From the IMG/VR virus record IMGVR_UViG_3300033514_000020, positions 1 through 29,996 of that record: 29,996 bases of DNA; one strand, written 5' to 3'. The translations under genes were made by a program, and so were the position numbers. Below the pieces are notes generated by a model. The model did not search any database. It saw nothing but the letters and a program-made list of their open reading frames with translations, and was not told the DNA's origin. Below are positions 27,238 to 29,996 of the stretch, in pieces (the first letter of the stretch is position 1; each line of letters begins with the position of its first letter). The DNA is from a virus (lineage: Duplodnaviria > Caudoviricetes).

Positions 27238-27534
27238 TTATTGGCTGATTAAGGCTTGATTTAGCAGCTTTATGGCCTTCCAGAATTTAGGTAGATGAAT
27301 GAGCATCACAGGCGGGTGATAGATCTTTGGTTCGTCTGATTCTTCCGGCTCATAGTCATCAGGTATGACGATGTTTTTGTTGTATTCCATCTTTTCAGTC
27401 AATCGATAGTAATGACTAGGTTGTGACTTAAAGAGTTTCTGTATCATAGTCGAGCTGGTCTTGTAGTAGATGGCAGCATCTTGTATCGACTCGAATCTCC
27501 CGTCGGGTGTCATGATAGGGGTTTTTGGTCTCAT
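27238..27534 (-). CDS. NUMOD1/HTH-like small DNA-binding protein
   Basis: Likely start is the ATG at 27534 (MRPKTP). TPDGRFESIQDAAIYY resembles the C-terminal HTH module of homing endonucleases. Confidence 0.45.
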   Translation of the reverse strand: MRPKTPIMTPDGRFESIQDAAIYYKTSSTMIQKLFKSQPSHYYRLTEKMEYNKNIVIPDDYEPEESDEPKIYHPPVMLIHLPKFWKAIKLLNQALISQ

Positions 27535-27538
27535 GCAT

Positions 27539-27937
27539 TTACTTTTTGCTTTTAGTTCTTCCGTATGCAGGATTACCTGCACCGCATCTACGAGCCCTCG
27601 CCTCCTCACTCCATTTAGTATGATGCCCTCCTTGCTTTCCGCGAGTGCCATCTAAAAAGTTCTGAACAAATGTTTGACAGAAGATGTTATCTAAAGTGTA
27701 TCCGCCTTTGTCACCAATTCTCGACATACAGTATTTTCCTTTACCGACTCCACGCTCACTAAAATGCCCTGTATTAAGCCACCACGTTATCCACTGGTCA
27801 AATGTTAAATCCCATTCTATGTTTCTCTTATAGATTGCTTGCCCTCGTTGAAGACCCCATTTCTTGTATGCATCTTCGATCTCGCTATTGGTTAATAAGT
27901 CAGTGTATGTCGGCATTGATGTGTATCTCATATACAT
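27539..27937 (-). CDS. HNH-like (beta-beta-alpha-Me) endonuclease
   Basis: RNIEWDLTFDQWITWW...YCMSRIGDKGGYTLDNIFCQTFVQN followed by a NUMOD-like SEEARARR..GNPAYGR tail. Confidence 0.65.
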   Translation of the reverse strand: MYMRYTSMPTYTDLLTNSEIEDAYKKWGLQRGQAIYKRNIEWDLTFDQWITWWLNTGHFSERGVGKGKYCMSRIGDKGGYTLDNIFCQTFVQNFLDGTRGKQGGHHTKWSEEARARRCGAGNPAYGRTKSKK

Positions 27938-28016
27938 TTACTTATCACTCAGCAGAACGGCGACCATAATTAGCCGCCGTTCTTATCGGTACACAACTAC
28001 CGATGACAACACAATC

Positions 28017-28280
28017 TTACTTCTTTGTAAACAGACCTACTGCGTTAAACAGAGACACTACGCCAGACGACATAGCACTGATAGTTGGCCATACAGCCTC
28101 GAATGTATGCTCTGCTTGATCAGCAACAGTCATTGCGGATTGCACAGTAGTCTTGATGACTTCCATCTTTGCTGCTCCGTTACCACCAGCTGGCATTGCA
28201 GCTTCGATGGCTTTAATAGCTTCGATGATGATAGGTAGCAACTGAAGTGCGACTTTGATGATACTAATGAATGATCCCAT
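28017..28280 (-). CDS. Small amphipathic/hydrophobic protein, possible holin-like
   Basis: 87 aa with an AAGGAG SD, ATAAATA upstream and hydrophobic helices at both ends. Confidence 0.45.
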   Translation of the reverse strand: MGSFISIIKVALQLLPIIIEAIKAIEAAMPAGGNGAAKMEVIKTTVQSAMTVADQAEHTFEAVWPTISAMSSGVVSLFNAVGLFTKK

Positions 28281-28303
28281 TTAACTCTCCTTATAAGTAA
28301 AAG

Positions 28304-28310
28304 TATTTAT
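28304..28310 (-). promoter_or_regulatory. ATAAATA box
   Basis: 23 nt upstream of the ATG at 28280. Confidence 0.55.
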
Positions 28311-28432
28311 TGCTCGTAACTACGCGGTGCGTTCTTTCTTTCGAGTATCCGATCTTCGATTATACGCATAACCTCTGAAAAATCACCTCTCTGTAAGAGT
28401 ATCCGCAACCACAACAGCTCACTCGTGCTCAT
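28307..28432 (-). CDS. Small hypothetical protein (41 aa)
   Basis: Not in the ORF track. MSTSELLWLRILLQRG...; the stop overlaps an ATAAATA box. Confidence 0.4.
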   Translation of the reverse strand: MSTSELLWLRILLQRGDFSEVMRIIEDRILERKNAPRSYEQ

Positions 28433-28601
28433 TTGGCCATCCTAACTTCTTAAAGTATTCCTCGTATGTCTCGATTGGGCCATACTGATCTGCAAACTCT
28501 TGATACAACTCGTCTACCTGACTTGACTCTGCCATGATTTGCTCTATCAGCCATTTAAGTTGAAGATTTGCTATCGCTTTGTATGAGCGTTTTAGCTTCA
28601 T
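28419..28601 (-). CDS. Small hypothetical protein
   Basis: 60 aa; the GAGG SD is supplied by the tandem repeat unit. Confidence 0.5.
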   Translation of the reverse strand: MKLKRSYKAIANLQLKWLIEQIMAESSQVDELYQEFADQYGPIETYEEYFKKLGWPNEHE

Positions 28602-28648
28602 TGATTTGACCTCATTGATTTGACCTCATTGATTTGACCTCATTGATT
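28598..28648. repeat. 14-bp tandem repeat, ~3.6 copies
   Basis: Plus strand (TCATTGATTTGACC)x3 followed by TCATTGATT. Confidence 0.95.
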
Positions 28649-29996
28649 GAGCCCTTTGAACTCTTGGATAGCCCATTCCATCTGCTTATCTACCATAGCA
28701 TCTCTGAACGCATTACCGGTCTTGCGTTTTTCGAGTTGTGCTAACTGCGATTCTAACTCAGGCGGTATTGCTCCTTCGCCGAACGTGTCAAGCAGCAAAT
28801 CCTCAACTCGACTACCTTCGAGCGTCTTTTCTTGGACTAAATCAGTCTTAGTAGCATCCTTGACGATTGGCTTCTCGAGTTTCTCGGTTGCTTTTGCGTG
28901 TAATGCATCAGCTTGTGGTTCCATCGGCGGCGCATCGAGTGGATTGACTTCTTCTGGCACGATTTCGTCGACTTTACCGATCTTCTTATTCAGCATCTTG
29001 TTGAGTCGTTCTGCTTGAGTGTCCTCGATTTCTTTGTATGGATCTGCAATAGCTACTTCTGGTACATCGTCGATGTGTTCGACACTAATACCTTCTGTAG
29101 TCGGAGCTTCTTTCTTGGCCTTAATAAACGACACAAGCGGATCTTCCTTACCTAACAACGCCGCAGCTTCTGCATCTATAGCCGCATCAGTTACAGGATC
29201 ACCAGTCTTACCCGATAATAGCTGCTTGATTTGCGCATCACGATCGGATAGATACGAATCTAAGACCGGATCTTTTTCTGCAGGATATGGCTTGAACGGC
29301 TCTTTATTGATACCAGCCAACTTAGCTTCTGTATCAGCGAGACTCATTTTAATAGCATCTGGTGGTGTGCTAAAATCACGTGTATCTTTCGATAATGCAT
29401 CTAACTCTAATCTCGAGTCTACATCGGCGTTATACTTACCACCTGGACCGTTGAGCTTGACGTCATCAACGATTGCTTTATGACGAGCTGCACGACTCTC
29501 AGCTGATTCGACTGGGGCCTCTGCCTTAGCTGCTAATCTTTCTAATGCAGAACGACGAGCATCTTGCGAGATCTGAGTTGGCGTCTTCTTCATCGTATCC
29601 CACATAGCCTGCTGTTCTGGCGTCATTTCTGGGCCTACTGAGCCAACTCGTTCTCCTGCTGCAATCTCTGCTTTACTGTATCCTTTCTTACCACCGTTAG
29701 GCAGTGATGCGCGAAGTTCTGCCATCTGTGCTACTTTGTCTGGATCTGCATCTTCTGGTCGGTTCTTGATTGCGTCACGGTCTGCTTTTGACACTGAATA
29801 CAAGTCAGCCTTTCGTGCTTGTTCGTTACGAATGGCTGTAAGGAAGTCGGGTGATTCTTCAGTTGGGGCTTCTATAGCAGCTCTTACAGCAGCTTCTTTA
29901 TCTTGAACTGTAGTAGTCTTACGATTTCGGATTTCGTCTAATACTGCGTTCTTACCTTCAGCCTTCTTCACAGAAGCAAACTCGTCAGGCTCGTGA
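28640..29996 (-). CDS. 3' part of a large A/E/K/P-rich protein, possibly a large internal virion protein (5'-truncated)
   Basis: The frame stays open beyond 29971 to the right edge. Low-complexity helical composition. Confidence 0.5.
   Translation of the reverse strand, partial: HEPDEFASVKKAEGKNAVLDEIRNRKTTTVQDKEAAVRAAIEAPTEESPDFLTAIRNEQARKADLYSVSKADRDAIKNRPEDADPDKVAQMAELRASLPNGGKKGYSKAEIAAGERVGSVGPEMTPEQQAMWDTMKKTPTQISQDARRSALERLAAKAEAPVESAESRAARHKAIVDDVKLNGPGGKYNADVDSRLELDALSKDTRDFSTPPDAIKMSLADTEAKLAGINKEPFKPYPAEKDPVLDSYLSDRDAQIKQLLSGKTGDPVTDAAIDAEAAALLGKEDPLVSFIKAKKEAPTTEGISVEHIDDVPEVAIADPYKEIEDTQAERLNKMLNKKIGKVDEIVPEEVNPLDAPPMEPQADALHAKATEKLEKPIVKDATKTDLVQEKTLEGSRVEDLLLDTFGEGAIPPELESQLAQLEKRKTGNAFRDAMVDKQMEWAIQEFKGLNQ

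Noticed and set aside
28598-28648. CRISPR mini-array
   Set aside because: The units are contiguous 14-mers with no spacers.
711-29483. Plus-strand ORFs and nested alternative-frame ORFs in the supplied track
   Set aside because: They are shadows of long minus-strand genes, and I recognise no domains or convincing SD sites in them.
1-29996. Stop-codon reassignment, tRNA or rRNA genes
   Set aside because: Core genes are full length in the standard code, with TAA, TAG and TGA all used as stops. No cloverleaf or rRNA-like sequence was recognised by eye.

Overview
About 30 kb of a podovirus-like tailed phage genome in which every credible gene is on the minus strand. In transcription order (right to left) it carries: the 3' part of a large low-complexity protein, a cluster of small ORFs with HNH-like, NUMOD and GIY-YIG endonuclease-related genes, an AEP-like primase plus SF3 helicase, an AT-rich putative origin, small and large terminase, portal, scaffold, a GIY-YIG/NUMOD3 homing endonuclease, major capsid, tail fibre and chaperone, adaptor, nozzle and three ejection-type proteins. 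I recognise no DNA polymerase, RNA polymerase, sigma factor, integrase or endolysin in the window. Two unexplained signals stand out. (1) A T4-late-promoter-like (A)TAAATA box recurs in front of many genes, including the primase/helicase block. This raises the hypothesis of a virophage-like phage that encodes its own virion but uses a T4-like helper's late transcription machinery. (2) A non-coding module occurs twice: a 53-bp repeat, exactly 30 nt, ATAAATA, a 24- or 28-bp perfect inverted repeat around a ~50-nt loop, then a short hairpin. One copy overlaps the 3' end of a GIY-YIG nuclease gene. All calls come from reading the sequence by eye; no database search was run.
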